IMG/VR virus record: IMGVR_UViG_3300017917_001123 | Span: 248,001-312,000 of that record | Reading direction: 5' to 3' (one strand) | Length of the DNA: 64,000 bases | Part shown: positions 63,180 to 64,000 of the stretch, piece by piece | Numbering within the stretch: the first letter of the stretch is position 1 | Layout: every line of letters starts with the position of its first letter | Made by a program: the position numbers and the translations under genes | The notes under the pieces: model-generated | Database searches by the model: none | Told to the model about the DNA's origin: nothing | The model's input: the letters and a program-made list of their open reading frames with translations, nothing else

Positions 63180-64000
63180 ATGGCTGTATTACAGATCTCC
63201 AAAATTCAGGTCCGAAGAGGACAAAAATCACAAGCAGGTATTCCTACTCTGTCCGCGGGCGAATTTGCCTGGGCAGTTGATGCTCAGGAACTGTACATTG
63301 GTAACGGTTCTGTTGGTGAAGGTGCTCCGTTTGTTGGAAACACTCGTCTTTTAACTGAATTGGATGCTAGTAACATTTTTAAACTAGCAGGTACATACGG
63401 TTACGAAGGCAACACTAGTGCTACTGTTATCACAGGCCCGGATGCTAATAGTCCTATTTCAAGAACACTACAAGACAAGTTAGATGATTTTGTATCTCTA
63501 GCAGATTTTGGGGCAGTAGGTGATGGTGTTACAAATGACACAAGTGCTTTACAACGTGCTATTGATCAGATCTACTTAAATTCAGACAAGTCAATTCCTT
63601 TAGCTAGAAAAAGACTACGTTTCCCAGCAGGCACATACTTAATTACAGGAACAATTTATATTCCTAGTTATGCTACATTAGAAGGCGACGGAATTGATAG
63701 AACAATTATCAAACAATCTACAACAGCAACCGCTATTTTTCAAACAGTAGACTTTACTTCTACTCCTAGTTCAAAGGTATTGTTTCCATCGATTCAAAGC
63801 ACTACACAACCTAGAAATATCAATGTTTCTGGAATGACACTACAATACGATCAAGCATCAAAACAAGGCAGTGGCGCATTAATTAATGTAGACTGTGCGA
63901 CTGACATGACTGTTGAAAAATGTAAGTTTCTAGGACTTGCTTCTAGTCCAGAAAATGATCTTCAAGAATCTATTCAAATTAGAGGACAAGGCGCAACTAC
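63180..64000 (+). CDS. tailspike/baseplate-like protein with Mtd_N-like N-terminus and pectate-lyase-like beta-helix start (partial)
   Basis: Manual translation MAVLQISKIQVRRG...LSAGEFAWAVDAQELYIGNG; VSLADFGAVGDGVTNDTSALQRAI...FPAGTYLI; open to the window end. Confidence 0.75.
   Translation, partial: MAVLQISKIQVRRGQKSQAGIPTLSAGEFAWAVDAQELYIGNGSVGEGAPFVGNTRLLTELDASNIFKLAGTYGYEGNTSATVITGPDANSPISRTLQDKLDDFVSLADFGAVGDGVTNDTSALQRAIDQIYLNSDKSIPLARKRLRFPAGTYLITGTIYIPSYATLEGDGIDRTIIKQSTTATAIFQTVDFTSTPSSKVLFPSIQSTTQPRNINVSGMTLQYDQASKQGSGALINVDCATDMTVEKCKFLGLASSPENDLQESIQIRGQGAT

Noticed and set aside
1-64000. Alternative genetic code / stop-codon reassignment
   Set aside because: Long ORFs tile the window in code 11, and TAA, TAG and TGA all end full-length recognisable proteins; no fragmented genes.
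63180-64000. Diversity-generating retroelement suggested by the Mtd_N-like N-terminus
   Set aside because: No reverse transcriptase and no template/variable repeat pair differing at adenines was seen in this window.

Overview
A 64-kb segment of a large, AT-rich, gene-dense tailed-phage (jumbo myovirus-like) genome. It reads cleanly in the standard genetic code, and I found no rRNA, tRNA, CRISPR array or IS element. IscU/ErpA/IF-1 look proteobacterial, so the host is probably a (beta)proteobacterium (inference). Region 1-33 kb is an unusually large tailoring-enzyme island. It encodes 10 radical-SAM proteins (three cobalamin-binding-domain type, one Tes/GDGT-MAS-like, six twitch/SPASM-type) and about 10 2OG-Fe(II)/cupin oxygenases. 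It also encodes a class-III aminotransferase, two methyltransferases, an SGNH-like hydrolase, two degenerate kinase-fold proteins, a carbamoyltransferase and about five glycosyltransferase-like genes. Many of these genes are arranged as divergent pairs behind back-to-back T4-late-like TAAATA boxes only 4-8 nt from ATG. Next (34.5-41.6 kb) come an Fe-S assembly trio (iscA, iscU, erpA), a flavin halogenase-like gene, DNA ligase, IF-1, an epimerase and an HNH nuclease. A tail-fibre/S8-protease block occupies 42-54 kb. At 55-56.7 kb sit small ORFs, a candidate structured RNA and a sigma70-driven module of small proteins with a PhaR-like operator. Head/scaffold-like genes, an exonuclease and the start of a tailspike-like gene close the window. 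Family calls come from motif reading only; no database searches were run.
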